A DNA stretch of 64,000 bases, taken from NCBI GenBank assembly GCA_002840305.1, contig PHAI01000003.1:70908-134907 (forward strand), given 5' to 3'. The translations under genes and the position numbers were made by a program. The first letter of the stretch is position 1. Every line of letters starts with the position of its first letter. A model generated the notes under the pieces. That model did no database searches. It was not told the origin of the DNA and saw only the letters and a list, made by a program, of their open reading frames with translations. Below, piece by piece: positions 17,740-27,981 of the stretch. This DNA is from Candidatus Falkowbacteria bacterium HGW-Falkowbacteria-1. Its GTDB lineage: Bacteria; Patescibacteriota; Patescibacteriia; Patescibacteriales; UBA12465.

Positions 17740-19539
17740 TTACTTTTTTAATATTTTAACAAAAGTATCAGGAGGAATATCGACACTGCCTTTGCCGGCA
17801 GCCATCATCTTCTTTTTACCTTTTTTTTGTTTATCTAATAACTTTCTTTTTCTAGAAACATCACCACCATAAAGCTTAGCTGTTACATCCTTTCTCATGG
17901 CCGACAATCTCTCGGCAGCAATAACTTTTCCTCCGACAGCAGCCTGTATTTTTAAAACAAACATTTGTTTTGACAGAGAATCTCTTAAAATATTCACAAT
18001 CTCCTTTCCTCTTCTATGAGCATCATCTCTATAAACTATAAGAGACAAGGCTTCAATCGGTTCTTCGGCTACTAAAATATCCATTTTAACAACATCTGCT
18101 TCTCGATAATCTAAATATTCATAATTTATTGAGGCGTACCCAGCGCTAGAACTTTTTATTTTATCATAAAAATCGGTTAATATAGCCGACATGGGAATGT
18201 CATAATGTAGAATAACTCTTTGTTCGTCAGTACCAGAAGAAATATACTCAGTATTTTTATAAATACCTCTTTTTTCTTGCGTTAATTGCATAATGTTCCC
18301 CATATACTCTTTAGGACTAACTATATCCAAAGAAACCCAAGGCTCTTCTATCTTTGAAATTTCTGTTGGATCTGGCAACCTTTGTGGCGTTCTTATAATA
18401 GTTTCTTCGCCGTTTTTTCTGTAAACTTTGTAAGCAACGCTGGGGATGGTTACTATCAAATCTAGGTTATACTCTCGTCTTAATCTCTCTTGAAAAATCT
18501 CTAAGTGAAGCAAGCCCAAAAATCCACAACGAAAACCAAAGCCCAATGCGTCTGATCTTTCTGGCTCATAAACTAACGCGCTATCATTCAACTTTAACTT
18601 TTCCATGGCTTCTCTTAAATCTTCTAGGTCACTACCTTCTCTAGGAAAAATACCAGCAAAAACCATAGGTTTGACCTCTTTATAACCAGCCAAAGGCTTG
18701 ACCTCTTTATCTTTAAGGCATGGAAACGTAAGAGTGTCTCCAACTCGGCATTCTCCAACCTCTTTAAACCCGGTAACTATATAACCAATAGATCCTGTAT
18801 CCAAAGAACCAGTCGGGAAATAATCTGGTTTAAAAACTCCAATATCCAAAACATCGCTTTCGGCTTTAGTGGCTACTAATTTTATTTTATCTCCTTTTTT
18901 TATTTTGCCATCAAAAACTCTAACATAAGCCACCACTCCTTTAAATTCATCATATTTTGAATCAAAAATTAAAGCTCTCGGGGTATCTTGTTCGGAGTTT
19001 TTAGGATGCCTTCCAACTTCAACTACTTTTTTTAAAATCTCCAAAACACCTTCGCCGGTTTTGCCAGACGCAGCCAAAATGTCTCCTTCATCGCAACCCA
19101 ATAATTTAACGATTTCTCTTTTTGTTTTTTCTGGATTAGCTGCCGGCAAATCAATTTTATTAATAACTGGAATAATTGTTAAATCTTGTTCTAGGGCTAA
19201 ATAAAGGTTGGCCAAGGTTTGTGCTTGAATACCTTGAGTACAATCAACTAAAAGCACGGCCGTCTCAACGGCCGCCAAAGAACGAGAAACCTCATAAGAA
19301 AAATCAACATGACCAGGAGTATCAATCAAATTTAGTTGATAACCATCATAGTTCATCGTTACTGGTTGAAGTTTTATAGTTATTCCTCTTTCACGCTCAA
19401 TGTCCATGCCGTCCAAAATTTGATCTTTCATCTTTCGTTTATCAACCGTATTGGTCAACTCCAACATTCTATCAGCTAAAGTTGATTTTCCATGATCTAT
19501 ATGAGCAATTATACAAAAATTTCTTATTTTATCAGTCAT
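17740..19539 (-). CDS. lepA: Elongation factor 4 (translational GTPase LepA)
   Basis: The conserved N-terminus starts at MTDKIRNFCIIAHIDHGKSTLADR (M17 of the track ORF). DTPGH and NKID motifs, plus the LepA C-terminal domain. Confidence 0.95.
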   Translation of the reverse strand: MTDKIRNFCIIAHIDHGKSTLADRMLELTNTVDKRKMKDQILDGMDIERERGITIKLQPVTMNYDGYQLNLIDTPGHVDFSYEVSRSLAAVETAVLLVDCTQGIQAQTLANLYLALEQDLTIIPVINKIDLPAANPEKTKREIVKLLGCDEGDILAASGKTGEGVLEILKKVVEVGRHPKNSEQDTPRALIFDSKYDEFKGVVAYVRVFDGKIKKGDKIKLVATKAESDVLDIGVFKPDYFPTGSLDTGSIGYIVTGFKEVGECRVGDTLTFPCLKDKEVKPLAGYKEVKPMVFAGIFPREGSDLEDLREAMEKLKLNDSALVYEPERSDALGFGFRCGFLGLLHLEIFQERLRREYNLDLIVTIPSVAYKVYRKNGEETIIRTPQRLPDPTEISKIEEPWVSLDIVSPKEYMGNIMQLTQEKRGIYKNTEYISSGTDEQRVILHYDIPMSAILTDFYDKIKSSSAGYASINYEYLDYREADVVKMDILVAEEPIEALSLIVYRDDAHRRGKEIVNILRDSLSKQMFVLKIQAAVGGKVIAAERLSAMRKDVTAKLYGGDVSRKRKLLDKQKKGKKKMMAAGKGSVDIPPDTFVKILKK

Positions 19540-19629
19540 AACAATTTTAAAAATTAAACTGGAATCGCGAATTTCATTGTAATACATTAAAACAAGGAAA
19601 TCAAGTTAAATATTTTTTTCTGTATATTA

Positions 19630-21303
19630 TTATAAGCCCCTGGCCTCACTTTGATCGCCAATTTCTTCAATTTTTTTCACTTTTTTACCAAAAGGCAGCT
19701 TGTTTTTTATAAGTTCTAAAAGATCCAACATTTCCTCGCTCTTCATAAAGTAACATAATAAAAAATAAACCAACAGACCAAGAATGCCAGCCACCAAGCC
19801 CTGAGTTAACACACCCAAAAACTTGGTCATATCAACAAAGGGCCAAATAAACACTTTTCCGGCCTGAATAAATAAACCAGCGGCTAAAGCTGACACGGAA
19901 AATTTTATAACTGAAAACATTATTTTTCTTTGATCAAGGTTTCCAATCTCGAAATAAAGCCACATCCATAGAGTCATGAAATTAAAAACACTAGACAAGG
20001 AAAAAGCTAAGGCTAGCCCAGCCACGCCCATTCTCTTGCCGAAAAACAAAGATAAAAAAACGTTCATAATTACAACCACTAAACCAATATAAAATGGGGT
20101 TTTTGAATTTTGTCGAGCATAAAAAACTCTTACAAGCAGTGGAATGGTAGCCTGGGCAAACAAACTTAAAGCAAAAAAACCAAGAGAATCAATTGTAAGC
20201 AAGGTATCCCTCCAAGAAAACGCACCCGTTCCTAAAACCACACGAATAATTTGTGCTCGAAGTGTTATGAGTAAAACGGTCGAAGGAATTATAAAAAACA
20301 AAATCTGTCTAAAAGCATAAGAAAAATGGCTAACAAGTTTTTTCTGATCAAAGGCCGAAGCCGACAAGGCAGGAAAAGCAGCAACCGCAAAAGAAATACC
20401 AAAAATACCAATAGGAAAACTTTGCAAATTATTGGCAAAATTAAAAACAGTTAAAGACCCACTGGTCATAGTTGAGGCAATAACGGTTATAACAACTAAA
20501 TTAATTTGAGCAATTGCCAAACTCAGAGTTCTAGGGACCATCATTTTTAATATTTTTCTCAAGTTCTTGTCGTAGACATCTATAAACAAACGCCAAGAAA
20601 ATCCCATAAATTTAACGGGCGGGACTTGGATGATCATGTGCAAAAAGGCGCCAAAAACAACCCCCCAGGCTAAACCGGAAACACCAACAACTGGCACAAA
20701 AAACAAGGCCCCACAAATAATACCAACATTATAAAAAACTGGGGCCAAAGAAAAAATTAAAAAACTTTTGAAAGATTGCAAAACTCCACCAAAAATACTT
20801 GAGATACCCAATAAAACTGGGGACAAGAACATTATTCTGGTTAATAAAACGGCCGTTGACTTAAGCTCTTCGGAGAAACCAGGAGTAATAAGTGATATAA
20901 AAAATGGAGCAAAAATAATCCCAATAAGTGACAAGACGGCCAATGCTAATACTAATATATTTAAGATATTGCTTACTAAGTTCCAAGCGATTTTATTATC
21001 ATGATCGGAAGAACAAAAATATTGTTTGTCATCGCACTTCATGTTTTTTATCAAAGCAGAAAAAACAGGAATAAACCCAGCTGATAAGGCCCCTAAAACT
21101 ATTAGATTATATATTAAATCAGGGATACGGAAAGCTGAATAATAAGTATCTAGAATTTGACCGGCACCAAACTCTCCAGCTAAAATACGATCTCTAAAAA
21201 TTCCTAAGAATCTAGAAATCAGAGAAAAAAGACCGACCAACACAGCCGCAGCGGCTATTCCCTTGGTTTTCTTTTTGAAGATATTTTTTAACCTTGAAAG
21301 CAT
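19630..21303 (-). CDS. murJ: Lipid II flippase MurJ (MviN family)
   Basis: 557 aa with about 14 TM segments. N-terminal SR.LG..RD...A..FG and overall MOP-superfamily pattern. Confidence 0.88.
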   Translation of the reverse strand: MLSRLKNIFKKKTKGIAAAAVLVGLFSLISRFLGIFRDRILAGEFGAGQILDTYYSAFRIPDLIYNLIVLGALSAGFIPVFSALIKNMKCDDKQYFCSSDHDNKIAWNLVSNILNILVLALAVLSLIGIIFAPFFISLITPGFSEELKSTAVLLTRIMFLSPVLLGISSIFGGVLQSFKSFLIFSLAPVFYNVGIICGALFFVPVVGVSGLAWGVVFGAFLHMIIQVPPVKFMGFSWRLFIDVYDKNLRKILKMMVPRTLSLAIAQINLVVITVIASTMTSGSLTVFNFANNLQSFPIGIFGISFAVAAFPALSASAFDQKKLVSHFSYAFRQILFFIIPSTVLLITLRAQIIRVVLGTGAFSWRDTLLTIDSLGFFALSLFAQATIPLLVRVFYARQNSKTPFYIGLVVVIMNVFLSLFFGKRMGVAGLALAFSLSSVFNFMTLWMWLYFEIGNLDQRKIMFSVIKFSVSALAAGLFIQAGKVFIWPFVDMTKFLGVLTQGLVAGILGLLVYFLLCYFMKSEEMLDLLELIKNKLPFGKKVKKIEEIGDQSEARGL

Positions 21304-21331
21304 TATCTAAAAAATTAATATAATAAAAAAT

Positions 21332-23398
21332 CTATAAAACAATTCTGACGTCTGTAATTTTGGCTTTACCTTCAGAAATTAAAATTGGGTTCAAATCAAT
21401 CTCCGAAATTTGTGGATTTTCTCTAACCATTTTAACAAATTTCAGAATCAACGAAATTAAAGAGTTAAAATCAACGCCCTTTTTACCTCTAGCACCTTTA
21501 AGAATAGGGTAAGATTTTATCTTCTTTATCATTTCTGTAATTCTCTTCTTATCAACATCAATAAGCTCAAAGTTAATATCTTTAAAAATTTCTGTGTAAA
21601 TGCCACCCAAACCAAACATTATTATATGCCCAAAGACATTGTCGTTCTTCAAACCTAAAATCAATTCCAAATCTCCCTTAATCATTTTCTGAAAAACGGC
21701 ATAATTATCGGAAGATATTTTCTCGCTCTTTATATCCTGGTTGAATCTATCTATTATCTTTTTAACTTCAGACGAATTTTTAATATTTAAAAATACGGCG
21801 CCCTTATCGCTTTTATGAATAAAGTCAGGCCCAACAAATTTAATAACAATTGGATATTTAATTTTATCCACATTCTCACGACCGATCTTCTTGGTTTCAA
21901 CAATATCAATTTTGTATTTCTTAAAAAATTTAAAAGAATCTAAATAATCAACAACAATTTTTTCTTTTTTGTAATCTAGCGGAAACTTATTAGGTTTATT
22001 TTCATAAGACACTAGCGACTTTCTATTTTTATAATAATTCAAAACTTTAGCCAAAACAGAAATAGCATCTTCGACTGAATCAAAATTAGAAACCAAATTA
22101 TCGGCTAAAACTTTCTTGGCCTCAGACACACCAACGCCGCCCAGAAAACAAGTAGTTATTAATTTGTTTTTATATTTATTTTTTAAATCAACAATAACTT
22201 CAGCGATGTTTTTGGCATCAGTCATGCTTTGAAGTGTTAGTAATACTAAAATGCTTTCCACTTTTTTATCACTCAAGACAAGATCCAAGGTTTTCCTGTA
22301 TCTATTCGAATCGGCATCACCCAAGATATCCAATGGATTTTTTATATGAGCAAACCCCGGCAATTCCTTCTTCAACTTTAGACCTATATCTTTTGAAAAA
22401 TTATCTAACACTAAATTATTTTCGAAGGCTTCATCGGCCGATAAAACAGCCGGCCCACCAGCATTAGAGACAATAGCCAGGTTGTTCGAACTTATCTCTA
22501 AAGGGCCCTTCATAATTCTCATTAAATTATATATCTGGCTAATATTCTCTAGTACGATAGCGCCCGATCTTTTTAGGGCTGTCAGGGTAGCCTCATTTGA
22601 ACCAGCCAAACTCCCTGTATGTGACATAGCCATTTGGCTACCAACAGAAGTTCTGCCCGCTTTTAATATAGCTATTGGTTTTATTTTGGCTATCTTAGAA
22701 ACAATTTCTAAAAATCTTCCCCCATCTGATATCTCTTCTAAATATGCGACAACTAAATCAGTCTGCTTGTCCAAATAAAAAAAATCAAAAAAGTCATTTT
22801 CATTCAATATGGCCTTATTGCCCAAACTAACAAAATAAGACAAGCCAATGTTTTTATTTTTTAACCAGTCTAAGACCGCGCTACCAATAGCCCCTGACTG
22901 AGAAATAAAAGCTATGTTATCTTTCCTCTTTATTTTTTTATCTACCAAAAAATCACTGAAACTTAAATTTAAATTATTTTTATTATTTATAAAACCCAAA
23001 CAATTTGGACCCAAAATATTCATTTTATTTTTTTGGGCAATTTCAATGATGCGATCTTCCATTCTTTTACCGCTTAAATCAGCCTCTTTGAATCCAGCAC
23101 TTATAATAACCACATTTTTAACTCCAATTTTGGCTGCCTTCTCCAATTCATCGGCAACAAATCTGGCAGGAATAGCAACAACTAACAAAAGACTAGCAAA
23201 ATTTTTTAAAGGCAACTTTTTTATATCATCGTAAGCTTTAACTCCGGCAATATTTTTTTCTTTTAAATTTATAGGAAAAACTTTAAAATTTTTATTTTTC
23301 AAAACATTATCCAAGATTTTTCGCCCAACTTTACTCTTGTCATTTGAAGCCCCCAAAATTGCAATAGATTCTGGGCTTAAAAAATTATTTAATCTCAT
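21332..23398 (-). CDS. Acetyl-CoA synthetase (ADP-forming), fused alpha/beta
   Basis: 688 aa. N-terminal CoA-binding P.SIAILGAS...KVG, succinyl-CoA-ligase-like flavodoxin domain (MSHTGSLAG) and C-terminal ATP-grasp domain. Confidence 0.85.
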   Translation of the reverse strand: MRLNNFLSPESIAILGASNDKSKVGRKILDNVLKNKNFKVFPINLKEKNIAGVKAYDDIKKLPLKNFASLLLVVAIPARFVADELEKAAKIGVKNVVIISAGFKEADLSGKRMEDRIIEIAQKNKMNILGPNCLGFINNKNNLNLSFSDFLVDKKIKRKDNIAFISQSGAIGSAVLDWLKNKNIGLSYFVSLGNKAILNENDFFDFFYLDKQTDLVVAYLEEISDGGRFLEIVSKIAKIKPIAILKAGRTSVGSQMAMSHTGSLAGSNEATLTALKRSGAIVLENISQIYNLMRIMKGPLEISSNNLAIVSNAGGPAVLSADEAFENNLVLDNFSKDIGLKLKKELPGFAHIKNPLDILGDADSNRYRKTLDLVLSDKKVESILVLLTLQSMTDAKNIAEVIVDLKNKYKNKLITTCFLGGVGVSEAKKVLADNLVSNFDSVEDAISVLAKVLNYYKNRKSLVSYENKPNKFPLDYKKEKIVVDYLDSFKFFKKYKIDIVETKKIGRENVDKIKYPIVIKFVGPDFIHKSDKGAVFLNIKNSSEVKKIIDRFNQDIKSEKISSDNYAVFQKMIKGDLELILGLKNDNVFGHIIMFGLGGIYTEIFKDINFELIDVDKKRITEMIKKIKSYPILKGARGKKGVDFNSLISLILKFVKMVRENPQISEIDLNPILISEGKAKITDVRIVL

Positions 23399-23457
23399 AC
23401 AAGTCTTAAAAATTATAAAATTAGCATGAAGTAATTATAGCACAAAAAACAGAAAAA

Positions 23458-23664
23458 TTAATTCTCCTTATTACTACCAGAGAAAATAATAAAAATAGTC
23501 AAAAAAAGCCAAATAATTAACAAAATATTTAAATTAAAATAAGTTATAATAATTCCAGGAAAAAGCACTTCTAACAAAAAAGATACTAACAATATTTTAC
23601 TTAAAAAATAGAAAAACTGATAAAGATAGTCTATTTTTATTTTTCCGAAAATATTAAAAATCAT
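23458..23664 (-). CDS. Small two-TM membrane protein, hypothetical
   Basis: 68 aa, hydrophobic. Starts 4 nt after the upstream gene's stop. Confidence 0.4.
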   Translation of the reverse strand: MIFNIFGKIKIDYLYQFFYFLSKILLVSFLLEVLFPGIIITYFNLNILLIIWLFLTIFIIFSGSNKEN

Positions 23665-23667
23665 ATT

Positions 23668-25104
23668 TTATTTTTTATTAACAAAATAATCTAAAAGTTT
23701 GGTCTTTAAACTTTTCCCAAAAAGTTCTATTTCTATTTTTTCTATTTCCAAATATTCGCTATTATTTAGATTATTTAAGAAAGGTGCTGAAATTATAAAG
23801 CGATATTCACCGTCTTCTCTCCAAGCATTTTTTAAATCAACATCAATTTCTGAGCTATAATAATCACCTTCTTTTTGAGGGGCTTTATAGTCGGCAATAA
23901 TAAAATTTAATTCCTCTAAATCACCCGCAGACTCAATGCTCGAAATCGAAGGATTAAACAAAGAATTTCTATCAAAAGAAAAAAGACCATTATTCTCAAT
24001 GAGTAAGCCACAGGAATTTGATTGGACAAAATTAACTTCTTGACGAGGAACATCAAGGGAAAATTGCTTATATATTTTATCAAGTAAAAAAATTTGATTA
24101 TTTATATTTACCTGGTTCAAACATTGAGCGTCGAGAGCCTTTATTTTAAAATTGCTCTTGTTGGAAAAAACATAAAAACCATCGGAAGTATTGAATAAAT
24201 TTATTTTATTTAAAAAAGAAATTTTTTCTAAATAAGACTTCATGCTCTTGATTACAAAGGAATCATTGGCCCTAATCTCTACTTTATAAACTCCTTCTGG
24301 TAAATATGGCAAATCTAAAGAAAAATTTACGCCTTGCTTATTTTCAAATTCACTGGAATCAAATGATTTACTAAAAATAACATTATTTTCCGAATAAACA
24401 AAAATGTCCAGATTATTTTTATTATTTTGATCAATATTCTCAAATAAAAAGTCAATTTTTAAACTTTCATCTTTTAAATAGGCATAAAAAATGTGAGATC
24501 CAAGCAAGGATGGAAAAGAAAAGCTATAACCTTCTTTCTTGTTATAATTATCAATGAGATAATTATTAGATAAATAATAATTATAAGTAGCTAGAGAAGA
24601 AAAATCTTTACTATTTAAAAAATCGCTCAAATTTTCAAATTTTTCTTCTTTTTGCAAAAAAGTGACATTATTATATTCCTTACAACTCCAATTTTCTAAA
24701 GCAAAATTTAAGGCACTATTATATACTGGATATAGCCTATAATTCCAAGACTCCTTATCCAACAAAACGCCAGCCTGGATGTTTATAAGGCTATTAATAG
24801 CCAAAGATGCTTCGCTAATTTTATATTTAATTTTCAGTTTTGCAAGATCAAAATTTCTAGAAGTTCTTAAATAAAAATAAGATGGCTCGGCAATTATTTT
24901 ATTCTTATCATAAATTCTGTCAGCCGGACCCAGCTTATAAATAGCCCCCTTGGCTAGAAAAACATTGGAAAACCTGCTTTTAAAATCTTTCTTGTAAGTA
25001 ATCTTGCCAAAAGGGACTATATACAAAAACAAAAAAATAAAAACAAAGATCAATAAAACAATGTTTAAAAAAAGTTTAAGTTTTTTTACCTTTATATCTT
25101 TCAT
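23668..25104 (-). CDS. Membrane-anchored hypothetical protein
   Basis: 478 aa. N-terminal TM LFLNIVLLIFVFIFLFLYIV. No motif I recognise. Confidence 0.6.
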   Translation of the reverse strand: MKDIKVKKLKLFLNIVLLIFVFIFLFLYIVPFGKITYKKDFKSRFSNVFLAKGAIYKLGPADRIYDKNKIIAEPSYFYLRTSRNFDLAKLKIKYKISEASLAINSLINIQAGVLLDKESWNYRLYPVYNSALNFALENWSCKEYNNVTFLQKEEKFENLSDFLNSKDFSSLATYNYYLSNNYLIDNYNKKEGYSFSFPSLLGSHIFYAYLKDESLKIDFLFENIDQNNKNNLDIFVYSENNVIFSKSFDSSEFENKQGVNFSLDLPYLPEGVYKVEIRANDSFVIKSMKSYLEKISFLNKINLFNTSDGFYVFSNKSNFKIKALDAQCLNQVNINNQIFLLDKIYKQFSLDVPRQEVNFVQSNSCGLLIENNGLFSFDRNSLFNPSISSIESAGDLEELNFIIADYKAPQKEGDYYSSEIDVDLKNAWREDGEYRFIISAPFLNNLNNSEYLEIEKIEIELFGKSLKTKLLDYFVNKK

Positions 25105-25255
25105 AGTTTGTTGTTTTCTCTTATATTATGGCACGTTTAGAAACAATTTTCAACGTTACATTATTTTAACAACATTGCTTTTTCCAAAAAAATATGCCAT
25201 AATTTAAAGTTAACAAAGTTCTTTAAAAAATAACCCAAACAAAAAACGAGAAACC

Positions 25256-26014
25256 ATGACAAGGATTACTATGATTATTGTATTTATTTCACTATTTTGT
25301 GGAATAAGCAAGGCAAATGCCCAGAAAGATTCTATAATTATTGAATCTGGGATAGTTGACGAAAAAGATGTCGTTCTTATGTATGAGGCAATGGACGACC
25401 ACATTAAGAATGGAAATCTTAAAGGGGCCACGAACGCTGCTGAAAAATTAGGAGAAATGTTGAGCTCGAGAAGCTTGGAAAAAATTATAAAAACAAACAT
25501 CAACAAAGGACAAGCAGAGGTAGCTTTTCAAGCTGCTAGAATGAACAAAAGAAATTTAAGCTTTAAAGAAATTTTAACCGCTCTCAAAAAAAAGAACGCT
25601 CCCATTGATTCAATATCTAAATATATAAATCGAAATATTACTCCGAAGGAAGCTGGCAAACTTCAAAAAATATACATAAAAAACGGCGACCTAAAGAACA
25701 GTGAAAATGCTTCTTTCATCTCCGAGGTATTTCTCAAAGAAAAAGAATATTTAAATATTTACCTAATTTGCATACAAGAAGAAAGAATCGATGATGGAAT
25801 ATTAGCGGCAAAAAAAGCAGGACAAAAAGGCAAGGAAGCGCTTAGCACTTTATTAAAAAGATTCACAAATCTAAGGGACATGACAACTTCTATCAAGATT
25901 GCAACTGCAATTGGCGGAAAAAATCTTACAAAAAGAGAATGGACCACAATAAAAAAGCTTATTCCTCCGGCTAATGAAGAGGAAATAATAAAATTCATAA
26001 TGGCGGGGAAATAA
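25256..26014 (+). CDS. Secreted alpha-helical hypothetical protein
   Basis: 252 aa. Signal peptide MTRITMIIVFISLFCGISKANA. Followed by a strong terminator hairpin. Confidence 0.55.
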   Translation: MTRITMIIVFISLFCGISKANAQKDSIIIESGIVDEKDVVLMYEAMDDHIKNGNLKGATNAAEKLGEMLSSRSLEKIIKTNINKGQAEVAFQAARMNKRNLSFKEILTALKKKNAPIDSISKYINRNITPKEAGKLQKIYIKNGDLKNSENASFISEVFLKEKEYLNIYLICIQEERIDDGILAAKKAGQKGKEALSTLLKRFTNLRDMTTSIKIATAIGGKNLTKREWTTIKKLIPPANEEEIIKFIMAGK

Positions 26015-26034
26015 GCAAAACAAGAAATAAAGTA

Positions 26035-26062
26035 AAAACCATCTTTTTCAGATGGTTTTTTT
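26035..26062. terminator. Bidirectional intrinsic terminator
   Basis: AAAACCATCT-ttttc-AGATGGTTTT followed by a T-run, between convergent genes. Confidence 0.7.
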
Positions 26063-26093
26063 ATTTTTCCTTGAATAATTAGATCAAAAATGA

Positions 26094-26468
26094 TTATTTC
26101 AAATCTCCTAAATAATAATCTACGAGCAACGCCTTAGTCTTCGGATTGTGTTGCAAATTAAAAATTTCACTAGCATCTTTACCACACCATTTTAAAATTT
26201 GGCCCTTCCCTCCTGGGTGATTTGGAATATAAGAAACTAAATTATATACCTTGCCATCAACTATTTGCCAACAATCACTTTCGTTATTGTGCACCATTAC
26301 CTCCTCAAGAGAATAGACAGCACTCGCATCTCCCGGCGATAAAGATTGCGCTTGATTATTTGGATCAGTTTTTGGAGTTGTTTGTGATGTTTGAACATTT
26401 TTACCACAAGCTACTAAGAAAAAACTTAAAAACAATACTGCAATAATTCTAAATTGAAAATTTTTCAT
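26094..26468 (-). CDS. Exported cytochrome b5-like heme-binding lipoprotein
   Basis: 124 aa. Lipobox FFLVAC. Cytochrome b5 domain pattern Y...EV..HN....CW....G.VY.....I..HPGG. Confidence 0.7.
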   Translation of the reverse strand: MKNFQFRIIAVLFLSFFLVACGKNVQTSQTTPKTDPNNQAQSLSPGDASAVYSLEEVMVHNNESDCWQIVDGKVYNLVSYIPNHPGGKGQILKWCGKDASEIFNLQHNPKTKALLVDYYLGDLK

Positions 26469-27774
26469 AATATATTCTTTTTTTATTAACTTTTAAACTA
26501 ACTAAATATTTTTTTATTATAACCGACTTTTTATATGAACCGCAGATATACACATCCCTTTGAGCAATGTCTGGAACCAAAGACTCCATGGACTCCTTGG
26601 TTATTTCACCGAATTTACAATCATTATCCCCCCTGATTATATAATACATTTTAAATCTTTCAGCATTCTTATTCATTAATCCCTCCAGCTCTTCTTTAAA
26701 AATAATCTGTTCTCTATTTTTGGCACTATACAAAAGAACAACGTCCTTGTCATCTTTCAAAAAATCACCGATTAAGGGCCTGACGGGGGTAATGCCCACG
26801 CCTCCAGCTATAAACAAAATTTTCTCACTTTGTTTTTCCTTCTTAGTAAACACACCAATCGGTCCATCTATTAAAACTTTTGTACCGATAACAAGATTTT
26901 TCATTTTAGAACTAAAATCACCCAGGTTTTTAATAGTAATTCTAATATAATCTTGGTTAGGCTCTGATGAAATAGAGAATGGATGGGCCTGCCAAGCCAT
27001 ACTTTTATTTAAAAATCTCAACATAATAAATTGTCCGGCCATGTACTTAAATCCCTCTATGCTTGTTCCTTTAATGTAAAGAGATATTGTATCCTCGGTT
27101 TCGCTCTTTATTTCACTTATATAGAATCTAAACTTATAAAAAGAATAGAGTTGCCAAACAAATCTATAAAAAATAAAGTTTGCTCCAACAAATAGATAAA
27201 GCAAAACCCAAAAAAAAGCAAAAAGATTGCTCGCCCTTAAATCGTGGCCCAGCTCTAACTGATGTCCATAAGCAAGTATAATGGCAAGATATGACATTAG
27301 ATGAACATAGTACCAAATTTCATATTTTAGTTTTTTCTTGGCAATTGAAATAGAACTTATAACTACCAAAATAAACAAAACCACGGATACCGTAGCAGGA
27401 AATAAACCTTCCCAGTTTAGATTAAAATCTCTAAATTGTTGCCATAAACTTAATTCATTTAAAATTCCATATCCTAAAAACAAAAAAACAAGATGAGCAA
27501 CAATAAAAACAAACGCGATAATACCAGACCAATGATGAGCTACGGACAATTTATCAAAACCGAAAACGCGTTCTAACCACTTTACACGGCCAATAAATAA
27601 AAACTGTAATAAAATAAAATAAACCGCCAAAAGGCCGGTTATTCTTCCAAGGACAACATAAATAATACCTATGGACGGGTTATTTAAAAATACGTTTCCA
27701 GACCCCAACCACCAAAAAACAAAAATAAGAAAAAAACTAACAAAGAACGATAAATATAATAAAGGCTTTTTCAT
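26449..27774 (-). CDS. NOX/ferric-reductase-like membrane flavocytochrome (FRD + FAD + NAD(P)H domains)
   Basis: 441 aa. Two His pairs spaced 13 residues apart in TM helices (HWSGIIAFVFIVAH and HLMSYLAIILAYGH). FAD motif HPFSIS and NAD(P) motif GGVGITP. Confidence 0.75.
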   Translation of the reverse strand: MKKPLLYLSFFVSFFLIFVFWWLGSGNVFLNNPSIGIIYVVLGRITGLLAVYFILLQFLFIGRVKWLERVFGFDKLSVAHHWSGIIAFVFIVAHLVFLFLGYGILNELSLWQQFRDFNLNWEGLFPATVSVVLFILVVISSISIAKKKLKYEIWYYVHLMSYLAIILAYGHQLELGHDLRASNLFAFFWVLLYLFVGANFIFYRFVWQLYSFYKFRFYISEIKSETEDTISLYIKGTSIEGFKYMAGQFIMLRFLNKSMAWQAHPFSISSEPNQDYIRITIKNLGDFSSKMKNLVIGTKVLIDGPIGVFTKKEKQSEKILFIAGGVGITPVRPLIGDFLKDDKDVVLLYSAKNREQIIFKEELEGLMNKNAERFKMYYIIRGDNDCKFGEITKESMESLVPDIAQRDVYICGSYKKSVIIKKYLVSLKVNKKRIYYEKFSI

Positions 27775-27981
27775 AAAAATATGATTTAGAAATTAGTAAT
27801 TTTGCTGCTACTTGCACTAAATAAGCAAAAACACAAAATTATTGCAATCTGTACTATTATACACCAAAATCATAACTATAAAAATAGCTCAAAATACAGA
27901 GAAAAAACCATTGTCCTTTTGTATAAATTGGAAAACAAAAAACAGAGCCAAAAAAGACTCTGTTTTTATAGAAGAAAAATG

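Noticed and set aside
25210-25506. 98-aa minus-strand ORF overlapping the start of 25256..26014
   Set aside because: The plus-strand ORF is longer, has a clean signal peptide and is followed by a strong terminator. The minus ORF has no such support.
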